The translations under genes were made by a program, and so were the position numbers. A stretch of DNA of 64,000 nt from an uncultured Saprospiraceae bacterium (GTDB taxonomy: Bacteria; Bacteroidota; Bacteroidia; Chitinophagales; Saprospiraceae). The notes under the pieces were generated by a model. It did not search any database. It worked only from the letters and a program-made list of their open reading frames with translations, and was not told the DNA's origin. Below are positions 55,662-64,000 of this stretch, in pieces (position 1 is the stretch's first letter; each line of letters begins with the position of its first letter). Location: the NCBI GenBank assembly GCA_964428345.1, contig CAYRYD010000014.1, forward strand, positions 28,514 to 92,513. The letters run 5' to 3'.

Positions 55662-57275
55662 CTATTCGGTTCCTCCATCCCACCACACTCTGGAAGTGTA
55701 GTTGTTGAAATTTCCCTTATCAAAATTCGGGTTAGCAGCCACTTCCACGTTCGGATAACGCAGTCTTCTGGGAATGATACCACCAGTGACATTAGACTGA
55801 TCGGTCGTGTTCGCAACAAGAACCGGATAACCGGTTCGTCTCCAGTCACACCAGGCTTCCCACCAGTTCATGAATTTGCTGACCCACATTTGTTCGCCGA
55901 TCATCTCCAGGGCGGGCTTGTGTGTGCCATAGGGATAATTGCTCAGATAAGTTGCAACCTGCTCGTCGGTCACCACCAGTGTCTCATCATAGGGCGTATA
56001 CATCTGCATCGCCGACTTCACGCCTGCTTCATAATGGTCTTTGGCTGTTCCACTGATGCCAGATCCAATACCTCTTTCGATCGCTTCAGCCAGGAGAAAC
56101 TCTACTTCTGCATGATTCATGATCATGTATGGATCGTCAAGATCAAGCAAACGATAGTTGATCTTGGAAAAAGTCTCGTCTTCGACCACCATTCCACCCT
56201 CCATGGCTTCGATGTCTGACAAGGAAAACCCACTGGGAACACCCCGCTGTTTCAGGGGATCGGATTCGATAGGTGTCCAACCACTAGTGGTCCAAGTGCC
56301 AATACCACTGCTGAGGATCATGAGACGGGGATCGTCGTCAGCTACACTGTTCTGATCCGTGCCTTTTAAAAAATCAATCAGGGTTTTACCCAAAGTACTC
56401 TGGTTCCCGCCATCACTTGGGAAAAAAGCTCGGGAGAGCCCGTTTTGGTCCTGCCATTGACTCGGGCCAATATCCATGGGTATCCAGACATTATCGTCAT
56501 TGCTGGTGAATACCCCACCTGATACCGCCTTGGTGACATAGGTAGCTGCCATCCCGGGATCTACATTGGAAACCCGCATGGCATAGCGAAGCAAGAGCGA
56601 GTTACCCCATTTTTTCCATTTCGTGATGTCACCCTGGTAAATCATGTCGGCCCGGGCAAAACCCTCATCCGGGTTGGATGGGCTCATGCCATTGACCGCC
56701 TCGTCCAGTTCCTGAAGCATCGCCGGATAAATGATCGACTGATTATCATACTTGGGAAAGAAGACACCTTCGATTCCCTGATTGGCTTCCGTAAAGGGTA
56801 CTGCTCCGTAGAAATCGGTCAGCCGGAAGAAACTCCAGGCCTTGAGAATCCGGGCAGCATTCCGCATGTTGGTCTTATTCCCCTCATCATAACCTCCCGG
56901 TCCGGTTTGTTTGAGAATCTCCGCAATGTTCTTGAGTTGATCCTGATAGGTGAAGTCGAAGGGAGCAGTGGCTGTTTCCTCGTTGTGCCGGTAAAAATTA
57001 CCCACTGCCGAAATACTTCCGGTGGTCACCAGTTGCTGAATGGCCCCTCCGCAGAGTCCAAGGTTGGTACGCCAGTCGATATAGCGGTTATCACCAGTTG
57101 AGCCACCGGAGGCAAGGGCCAGTTCCGCAGTGGTAAAGATAAAATTCAAATCAATCTGGTTGACCGCCTGTGGGTTGATGTTCAGATCCTGCAGTTCATC
57201 GGTGTTGCAACTCGGCATGAGCAGCAACCCGGCAACCAGGCAGGAAAGAAACGTATATATATTATGAAATTTCAT
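55662..57275 (-). CDS. SusD/RagB family nutrient-binding outer-membrane lipoprotein
   Basis: 537-aa ORF with lipobox LLLMPSC, TPR-like helical content, and a position immediately downstream of a SusC-type gene. Confidence 0.9.
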   Translation of the reverse strand: MKFHNIYTFLSCLVAGLLLMPSCNTDELQDLNINPQAVNQIDLNFIFTTAELALASGGSTGDNRYIDWRTNLGLCGGAIQQLVTTGSISAVGNFYRHNEETATAPFDFTYQDQLKNIAEILKQTGPGGYDEGNKTNMRNAARILKAWSFFRLTDFYGAVPFTEANQGIEGVFFPKYDNQSIIYPAMLQELDEAVNGMSPSNPDEGFARADMIYQGDITKWKKWGNSLLLRYAMRVSNVDPGMAATYVTKAVSGGVFTSNDDNVWIPMDIGPSQWQDQNGLSRAFFPSDGGNQSTLGKTLIDFLKGTDQNSVADDDPRLMILSSGIGTWTTSGWTPIESDPLKQRGVPSGFSLSDIEAMEGGMVVEDETFSKINYRLLDLDDPYMIMNHAEVEFLLAEAIERGIGSGISGTAKDHYEAGVKSAMQMYTPYDETLVVTDEQVATYLSNYPYGTHKPALEMIGEQMWVSKFMNWWEAWCDWRRTGYPVLVANTTDQSNVTGGIIPRRLRYPNVEVAANPNFDKGNFNNYTSRVWWDGGTE

Positions 57276-57296
57276 CGTTTTTATCGGTTTTATTAG

Positions 57297-60200
57297 TTAA
57301 AAGTCTGCTTTCAGGTCGATACCATAGCTGCGGGTAGCCGGGAATCCGAAGTAATCCAGGCCCTGTCCACCATTACCATTATTATAGCTGGCTTCCGGAT
57401 CGATATTGGGCGTATTCTTATGCAGAATGGCCAGGTTTCTACCCACGATCGATAACCTCAGGTTTCGAATCGGCGTCTTACTGAGGAAGGACTGCGGGAA
57501 ATTATAACCCACCGACAAGGACCGGAATTTCACAAAGGATGCATCGTACATCCATATTTCGGTAATACCATTGGCGTCATTCTGTGAATTGCCCCAGTAA
57601 GTCTGGGCTTCCGCCGGAGTCAGCGTTTTGGTAAACGGTGAATAGATCGGTGTTCCGTTGTCATTGGTACCGGTCTGAGTTACACCACTTACGACCAAGG
57701 GATCACGTCCTGGTCTGCCCTCAAGCGAACGTTCCGTAAGACCGGTTGCGGTCAGACGGGCATTGGTACCCGAAAAGATATCGCCACCAATCTTGAAATC
57801 AAACAGGAATTCCAGGTTGAAATTCTTGTACCGGAAGGCATTGTTAAAACCACCCGTCCAATCGGCAACGCTGTTACCCAGCGGAACGAATTCCGGATCG
57901 GCTACCATTGACCCATTACTAAAGAACACCGGTTGCCCGTTGGGATCCCTTAGTTGTCGCCTACCAGTAATTACCCCAAAAGGTTGACCTACAATGTGTT
58001 TGGTGAAGACAATCCTGGCGCGGGCTTCTTCCAGCAATAACTCGTCGGTTCCTTCAATGAGGGAAACCACTTCGTTTTCATTCTTGGCGAGGTTAAGCGA
58101 GATATCCCAGTCCAGTTGACTCTGTCGCAATGGCTTGCCGGTCAGCAGGATCTCGATCCCATTGTTTCGCATTTCACCGAGATTGACGGTGGTGCTGCCA
58201 AATCCGGAAGCCCAGGAAATCGAGGCATTAAGGATATCTTCCGTGGTCTTCTGCCGGTAATAGGTCAGATCCAGCCCCAAACGGTTGTTAAAAAATCGCA
58301 AATCAAATCCAAATTCGATCTCCGTCGAAGTCAAAGGCCTGAGATTCGGGTTGGGAATGGTACCGAACCGGCCTCCTGCAGAAGAGAATGACGCCATCGT
58401 ATAACCTGCATGTGACTGTTTCAACGAATAGGTCAGGTTGGTCGAGTAAGCACCAATGGTCACATTACCCACCTGTGCCCAGGAAGCCCGGAATTTACCA
58501 AAGCTCAACGCGGATGTCGATGGTATGCTGAAGGCATCGGTAAAAACGAAGCTCAGACCGGCAGAAGGATAAAGAATACTATTGTTCTCGGGATTCAAGA
58601 CCGAAAACCAGTCTTTCCGAACTGTACCAGTCAGGAATAAATAGTTGTTATAGCCAATTTCCGCTGATCCAAACAGTGAATTAATACCCGTTTCGCCGAT
58701 TCCATAACTATAACTTCTGGTCACTGCATTATTGATTGCCTGGAAAAACGGTACGTTAAATCCGGCACCGTTGGCTGAGATTCGCTCGTTAAAGTTTCTC
58801 ATCCGGTTACCACCGCCAAAGACATTAACGCTGATATTGCCAAAGGATTTATTAAAGCCAAGTATGTACTCCAGATTGATCTCCCGGACCCGGTTTTCAC
58901 CTTCTGTAATGGAGCCTCCCCGGTTATGGCCGGTACCCTGAGGTAACATATCGGTTTCACGCCGGGTATACCAGTCCATCCCGGCCTGACCCTGAATGTA
59001 TAACCAGTCTGTGATGTCATAGCGCAATCTTCCGGAGGTATTCAGACGATCTCTGAAATCATCGTTGATAAACTGATAAGAAGTCCACCAGGGGTTCTGG
59101 GTCCAGAGCGCTCCGGATCCGTTACCAATCGGGTACTCTTCACCCACACCCTTTTGAAAGGAACTATAAATGCTCTGGTCCAAACCAGCAGGTACGGCTC
59201 CCAACTTATTTTCATCTCCTTTATACCAGTCGACATTCGCATTAGCCGGCAGATATGCTACGGAAAGAATTCCGTTGTTTGGCGAATCAGATAACCAAGG
59301 TCTGTTAAAGGCCTCCTCATGTGAATAGAGTATCTTGGCATCCAGGGTCAGTCGCTTTCCAAACCTCGAATTGGTGGATAACGAAACATTCAGGCGGTCA
59401 AAGCCTGAATTGGGAATGATGGACTCATTGCGCAAATCAGACACTCCAAAGCGGAATGTTTGGTTTTCACTACCTCCGGTCAGGGCCAGACTGTTGGTCC
59501 AGGTATAACCAGTGCGATAAAACCTGTCGTAATTGTCACCGGCATCGACATAAGGATGGGTAGTACCATCAAAGGCTACAAAACTCGGTACACTACCCAG
59601 TCTGGGTCCCCAGGAGTTTAGGTTCCAGTTGAAGCCCTCCTGTTGGGTACGGGGAGCTACTGCAATCCTCTCTGATTCGGGATTGTTCGGATCAGATAAA
59701 ACAAAAGCGCCCTGGCCATACTCGGTCTGATATTCCCGGAGATCATTGACTCGATCGAAGGTATAATTGGTACGGAACTCCACACCAATCCCCTTTCTCT
59801 GAGCACCTCTCTTCGTTGTAATATTGATAACCCCGTTAGCGGCCCGGCTGCCGTAAAGGGCGGCAGCGCTGGCTCCCTTCAACACTGTGATCGTTTGGAT
59901 GTCGTCCGGGTTGATGCTGGATAGTCCATCACCTTCGTCGCGGCCTCCCCACATACCCGCCTGGCCAAATCCGGAGTTATCCATCGGGATACCGTCGATG
60001 ACATACAATGGCTGGTTGTTACCCTGCAACGAGGCATTACCCCGGATAATCACCCGACTTGATCCGGCCGGTCCGGAGGCAATATTGCTCACGTTGACAC
60101 CGGCGATCCGTCCGGATAGGGCATTGGCCACGTTGATTTCCCGGGCATCCTGCAGGTCCTCACCTCCTACTTCGGTCACCGAATACTGCAGGGCTTTCGT

Positions 60201-60536
60201 AGAACGTTGAATCCCCAACGCCGTTACGGTGACTTCCTGCAATTGGACTCCCGGACTGAGCTGCACATTGAGTTGAGTCTCCGTGCCTACCGGAATTTCC
60301 CGCGTTGTAAAACCGGTGTAAGAAAATTCAAGGACAGCTCCCTCTTGTACTGTAATCGAGTAGGAACCATCAAAATCGGTCACCGTACCGTTGGTGGTTC
60401 CTCTCTCCAGAACAGTCACCCCAATCATAGGCTCACTATCCTCTGCATTGGTTACTATCCCACTGACCTGTCGTTGGGCAATCGCCAGACTACACAAGGC
60501 CATGAAGAATAGAAAAAGTAAAAAATTTCGTTTCAT
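57297..60536 (-). CDS. SusC/RagA family TonB-dependent outer-membrane transporter
   Basis: 1079-aa ORF with a signal peptide. The N-terminal carboxypeptidase-regulatory-like domain reads VSGIVTNAEDSEPMIGVTVLERGTTNGTVTDFDGSYSI. Plug motif TVLKGASAAALYGSRAANGVINITTKRG and terminal ...LKADF. No STN/anti-sigma signalling domain. Confidence 0.95.
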   Translation of the reverse strand: MKRNFLLFLFFMALCSLAIAQRQVSGIVTNAEDSEPMIGVTVLERGTTNGTVTDFDGSYSITVQEGAVLEFSYTGFTTREIPVGTETQLNVQLSPGVQLQEVTVTALGIQRSTKALQYSVTEVGGEDLQDAREINVANALSGRIAGVNVSNIASGPAGSSRVIIRGNASLQGNNQPLYVIDGIPMDNSGFGQAGMWGGRDEGDGLSSINPDDIQTITVLKGASAAALYGSRAANGVINITTKRGAQRKGIGVEFRTNYTFDRVNDLREYQTEYGQGAFVLSDPNNPESERIAVAPRTQQEGFNWNLNSWGPRLGSVPSFVAFDGTTHPYVDAGDNYDRFYRTGYTWTNSLALTGGSENQTFRFGVSDLRNESIIPNSGFDRLNVSLSTNSRFGKRLTLDAKILYSHEEAFNRPWLSDSPNNGILSVAYLPANANVDWYKGDENKLGAVPAGLDQSIYSSFQKGVGEEYPIGNGSGALWTQNPWWTSYQFINDDFRDRLNTSGRLRYDITDWLYIQGQAGMDWYTRRETDMLPQGTGHNRGGSITEGENRVREINLEYILGFNKSFGNISVNVFGGGNRMRNFNERISANGAGFNVPFFQAINNAVTRSYSYGIGETGINSLFGSAEIGYNNYLFLTGTVRKDWFSVLNPENNSILYPSAGLSFVFTDAFSIPSTSALSFGKFRASWAQVGNVTIGAYSTNLTYSLKQSHAGYTMASFSSAGGRFGTIPNPNLRPLTSTEIEFGFDLRFFNNRLGLDLTYYRQKTTEDILNASISWASGFGSTTVNLGEMRNNGIEILLTGKPLRQSQLDWDISLNLAKNENEVVSLIEGTDELLLEEARARIVFTKHIVGQPFGVITGRRQLRDPNGQPVFFSNGSMVADPEFVPLGNSVADWTGGFNNAFRYKNFNLEFLFDFKIGGDIFSGTNARLTATGLTERSLEGRPGRDPLVVSGVTQTGTNDNGTPIYSPFTKTLTPAEAQTYWGNSQNDANGITEIWMYDASFVKFRSLSVGYNFPQSFLSKTPIRNLRLSIVGRNLAILHKNTPNIDPEASYNNGNGGQGLDYFGFPATRSYGIDLKADF

Positions 60537-61099
60537 ATGGCAGTAGATTATGTAAATAAAATGTTTGTTTGATTTTTACTTTATCAAATATCAGATCTTC
60601 TTAAGATCAAAGTATTTAAGCTAATGATTTACCGGAATAGTGTTGGAAAGTTAACAAAAATCTAATTTTCCATGTCTTTGACCAGGAACTTTATTTAACA
60701 TTTTCTCAACAGTGGGTACATCTTCAGTCCTGATCATCTATACAACGCCTGAAGCCCCCGAAACGCTACCTGACAGACATTATATCGTACTTCGCTACAC
60801 CAGAAATTAAGACTGATCTCCCGCTGGATCCTGTGCCCAGCTGTTAATGAAATCTTAAAAGAATGTTAACAAATCAAGAAAGGCATGTTTCAAGGCAGAT
60901 CCGAGGGTTCTGTCGCACCACTGTCCGACGGAGCATTTGCAATCGAGTCGATCAGGTTCAGCCACCAAGTTGTTCTTTCCGGATTATTCGCTCTCAAAGT
61001 CAATCCAAAAAAGATCTGGATAACTCCCGGAAACCCACTGGTATCTGTCTGGACCAGGTGCTTACCAATCTCGAAGTATTTTGGTATGTCGCCAGACAA

Positions 61100-61131
61100 T
61101 TAAACAGTTAAACACTTAAACGATTAAACAC
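61100..61131 (+). repeat. four phased direct repeats of TTAAAC (8-bp period)
   Basis: TTAAAC at 61100, 61108, 61116 and 61124 (TTAAACAG TTAAACAC TTAAACGA TTAAACAC), ending 17 nt upstream of the ATG of the FGGY kinase gene. Confidence 0.6.
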
Positions 61132-61148
61132 TTTCCTACATTCAGGGC

Positions 61149-62519
61149 ATGAAAAGGGCAGTTGAAGTCATCCTGGTCTTTGATATTGGTAAAACCAATA
61201 AAAAGTATATTCTCTTCGACGGGAATTTTACCGCTGTTGAGCAGGGACAATGCCGGATTGCTGAGCTTGTGGATGATGACGGGGATCCGGAAGATGATCT
61301 GGAGGCCATCGAGCAATGGATTTGGGAAGTAATCAACACCATACTGCACCAGGAAAAATTCCATTTATCCGGGATTAACTTTTCGACCTATGGTGCCAGT
61401 CTGGTACACCTGGACCGGCGGGGAAGGCGAACCACCCATTTCTACAATTATTTAAAGGCATTCCCCTATCCCCTTTACCAGGAATTCACCTCCCGGTACA
61501 ATCAGGGTGGGATTCAGATGCTGGAAACCGGCTCGCCAGGCGTAGGCCTTATCAATGCGGGCTTTCAGCTGTACTGGTTGAAATACCGTAAACCGGAAAT
61601 TTACCGGCGGATTCGCTGGTCCCTGCACTTTCCCCAATACCTGAGTTATCTGCTCACCGGCATTCCTGTCAGTGAATTCACCAGTCTGGGATGCCATACC
61701 GCCCTATGGAACTACCACAACCAACAATATGACCATTGGGTGACGGCCGAAAGAATCGATGCCAAATTGCCTCCCCTGGTCTCTGCCTTTAATTCGGTCA
61801 ATGCAGAAATACTGGGCCAAAAGATGGCCGTTGGTGTAGGCATCCACGACAGTTCTGCTGCCCTCCTTCCCTATCTAAGCTCGGTCAAAGAGCCCTTTGT
61901 GCTGATCTCCACCGGAACCTGGTGTGTTTCGTTAAATCCTGTTAGCACCGAAAGTCTCACACCCCGGGATATGGAAAACGGATGCCTTTATTATATGACC
62001 ACCGATGGTCGCCCCGTGATCGCCCACCGTTTATTCCTGGGTTATGAGTTAGATTATCAGTTGAAAAAACTGGCCCGTGATTACCAGACCACTACCAAGA
62101 AAATCAGGAAGATCAAATACCATCCGAAGACTGACCAGACCATTCGTGAGAAGCAAACCCGGTATTTCCGGTTCGCCCATCTGGGAGAATCGGAAGAAAT
62201 GCAACCTGCCGATCGATCCGGACTTACTCTGAAAGAAACATGGCATCAACTAATGGCAGAACTGACGGAAATCCAGCTTTCTTCGGTCAAAAGCATTCTA
62301 AAAGGTACCGGTATCAAAAAAATCATTGTGGATGGCGGTTTTATCCAAAATCAACTCTATTTAAAGATGTTGGCCCGGCGTTTGGGTGACATCCGCCTAT
62401 ACAGCAGCAGTGGCACTGCGGGATCGACCCTGGGTGCAGGTATTGCCCTTAAACCGGAATGGTGGTCCGGTAAACTTTTTAAATCAAATTTCCGGCTGAA
62501 GAGAATTTCATTTAAATAA
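61149..62519 (+). CDS. FGGY-family carbohydrate kinase
   Basis: 456-aa ORF. The N-terminal phosphate-1 motif ILVFDIGKTNKK, the central GIHDSSAAL and the C-terminal IIVDGGF are typical of FGGY kinases. Substrate not determinable here. Confidence 0.85.
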   Translation: MKRAVEVILVFDIGKTNKKYILFDGNFTAVEQGQCRIAELVDDDGDPEDDLEAIEQWIWEVINTILHQEKFHLSGINFSTYGASLVHLDRRGRRTTHFYNYLKAFPYPLYQEFTSRYNQGGIQMLETGSPGVGLINAGFQLYWLKYRKPEIYRRIRWSLHFPQYLSYLLTGIPVSEFTSLGCHTALWNYHNQQYDHWVTAERIDAKLPPLVSAFNSVNAEILGQKMAVGVGIHDSSAALLPYLSSVKEPFVLISTGTWCVSLNPVSTESLTPRDMENGCLYYMTTDGRPVIAHRLFLGYELDYQLKKLARDYQTTTKKIRKIKYHPKTDQTIREKQTRYFRFAHLGESEEMQPADRSGLTLKETWHQLMAELTEIQLSSVKSILKGTGIKKIIVDGGFIQNQLYLKMLARRLGDIRLYSSSGTAGSTLGAGIALKPEWWSGKLFKSNFRLKRISFK

Positions 62520-62535
62520 TTATCCCTCCCGACAA

Positions 62536-63942
62536 ATGAAGGAAAACGCAACCGAACTCACCTATGTCGAAGAATTTGAACGCCGGCCGGTACCCTCCGG
62601 TGCTCTTAAAAACTGGAAAAGTTTTTTGGGTATGTATGCCGGCGAACATGCCGCCGGTACCGAATTTGTGATCGGCCCTTTGTTTCTGACAGCCGGAGTC
62701 AGTGCCTTTGATTTGCTGATTGGTTTATTGCTTGGCAATTTTATGGCGGTTATCTCATGGAGATACCTGACCGCAGAAATCGCCGTCAAATACCGGCTTA
62801 CCTTATACTACCATCTGGAGAAAATCTGTGGCAGGAAACTGGTGGTATTTTACAATATTGCCAATGGTGTTCTTTTTTGTTTCCTCGCCGGCGCCATGAT
62901 CACCGTTTCTGCCACCGCTGTAGGTGTTCCCTTTAATATGGATATGCCCAAGCTGACCGACACCATGCCCAATGGTATCCTTTGGGTGACAATTGTGCTG
63001 ATCGTGGGGGTTGTCATCACGCTGGTCGCAGCGCGGGGATACAATTCGGTATCCAAGGCTGCCAACTGGATGGCTCCCTGGATTGTGCTGGCATTTGTCA
63101 CCTGTGGCCTGGTTGCCCTGCAACAACTGAATGTGGCGTCATTCAGCGATTTCTGGAACATCTGGGGAGAAGGTACCGAGCCCTTCCCCGGTCAGATAAA
63201 ATATACTTTCTGGCATGTCTTCTTCTGGTCCTGGTTTTGCAACGCTGCCATGCACATCGGGATGTCCGATCTGACGGTGTTCCGCTATGCACGAAAGGCT
63301 ACCTCCGGATGGACCACTGCTGCCGGCATGTATGTCGGACACTACATTGCCTGGATCGCAGCCTGCCTGTTGTACGCGGTATATCTCCGGACACCGGAAG
63401 CCATGGCTTTCCTGGCCAATGACGAGGCACCTCCGGTGGCTCCAGGCCCACTGGCTTACAACGCGATCGGATTTTTCGGCATTATCGCCGTTGTGCTGGC
63501 CGGCTGGACCACCGCCAATCCCACCATTTACCGGGCAGGCCTGGCCTTCCAGGCGATTTTACCCAAACTGTCGACCTTCTGGGTAACGATAATCGCCGGT
63601 CTGCTGGCTACGGTCGCCGGACTTTTTCCCGCTTTTGCCATGAAGCTCCTGGGATTTGTGGCACTCTATGGCTTCATACTGGCCCCCGTCGGTGCCATTA
63701 TCGTGTTTGAACATTTCTGGGCCGATAAGTTTGGTATCCGGAGAAATTATGCAGAATGGGCGGGTATACCTTTTAACCATGCCTTTTTCCTGGCCTGGGG
63801 CATCAGTTTTGCCCTGTTTTACTTCATTTCCACCAGTATGGGTATTTTCCTTTCTTTTTTAACCCTTCCGGCCTGGATCACTTGTGGAGTCCTTTTCCTG
63901 ATCATCAGTAAAAAATCGCAGCGATCGCTTAGGTTTCCATGA
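62536..63942 (+). CDS. multi-pass membrane permease, cytosine/purine (NCS1)-permease-like
   Basis: 468-aa ORF with about 12 hydrophobic helices. The N-terminal ...WKSFLGMYAGEHAAGTEFVIGP resembles NCS1/CodB-like permeases. The family call is tentative. Confidence 0.6.
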   Translation: MKENATELTYVEEFERRPVPSGALKNWKSFLGMYAGEHAAGTEFVIGPLFLTAGVSAFDLLIGLLLGNFMAVISWRYLTAEIAVKYRLTLYYHLEKICGRKLVVFYNIANGVLFCFLAGAMITVSATAVGVPFNMDMPKLTDTMPNGILWVTIVLIVGVVITLVAARGYNSVSKAANWMAPWIVLAFVTCGLVALQQLNVASFSDFWNIWGEGTEPFPGQIKYTFWHVFFWSWFCNAAMHIGMSDLTVFRYARKATSGWTTAAGMYVGHYIAWIAACLLYAVYLRTPEAMAFLANDEAPPVAPGPLAYNAIGFFGIIAVVLAGWTTANPTIYRAGLAFQAILPKLSTFWVTIIAGLLATVAGLFPAFAMKLLGFVALYGFILAPVGAIIVFEHFWADKFGIRRNYAEWAGIPFNHAFFLAWGISFALFYFISTSMGIFLSFLTLPAWITCGVLFLIISKKSQRSLRFP

Positions 63943-64000
63943 AAGTAGCATTGTTCATACCCTGTTATGTAGATCAGTTTTATCCCCAGGTCGGAAAAGC
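63939..64000 (+). CDS. LutA/YkgE-like (Fe-S) CCG-domain oxidoreductase subunit, first 20 codons only
   Basis: Hand translation gives MKVALFIPCYVDQFYPQVGK, matching the conserved N-terminus of LutA-type proteins (MKV.LF.TC..D...). ATGA overlap with the permease stop; runs off the window. Confidence 0.55.
   Translation, partial: MKVALFIPCYVDQFYPQVGK

Overview
Chromosomal segment with Bacteroidota hallmarks: a SusC/SusD pair, TamB with a lipoprotein TamL-type Omp85 partner, many lipoprotein or exported proteins, and TAnnTTTG -7 promoter boxes. About 50 protein-coding genes are supportable. I see no rRNA, tRNA, CRISPR array, transposase, integrase or phage genes. Left end (minus strand): trpE-trpG-trpD-trpC, preceded by a 20-codon leader ORF with three consecutive Trp codons, its own promoter and a 14-bp terminator hairpin. 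This looks like a ribosome-mediated attenuator and is too short for the ORF track. Next come an ABC-F ATPase, YwbE, a metallophosphoesterase and a TPMT-like methyltransferase. The most unusual module follows: an ECF-type sigma factor, a single-pass anti-sigma-like protein, a 1048-aa exported TPR-CHAT (caspase-like) protein and a small Cys-rich lipoprotein. Middle: holA, hemH, Zn-ADH, an esterase, MocA-like and XdhC molybdenum-cofactor accessory genes, sufS-sufU, three exported xylose-isomerase-like TIM-barrel paralogs, DUF1080, a nitrilase-family gene, a CAP-domain protein, threonine dehydratase, two tandem DEAD-box helicases, a split ArnT/GT39-like glycosyltransferase and tamB/tamL. Right: a TPR-histidine kinase with no partner, a PQQ-dehydrogenase-cytochrome c fusion, an RRM RNA-binding protein, VCBS/ASPIC and FG-GAP propeller proteins, SusC/SusD, and an FGGY kinase-permease-LutA cluster. 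Non-coding oddities: a 7-copy 38/39-bp tandem array of hairpin units (20010-20280), clustered GATCAGTAAGCCCGC repeats (55377-55565), and four phased TTAAAC octamers ahead of the kinase gene. All product calls come from motif recognition by eye; no database search or RNA folding was possible.
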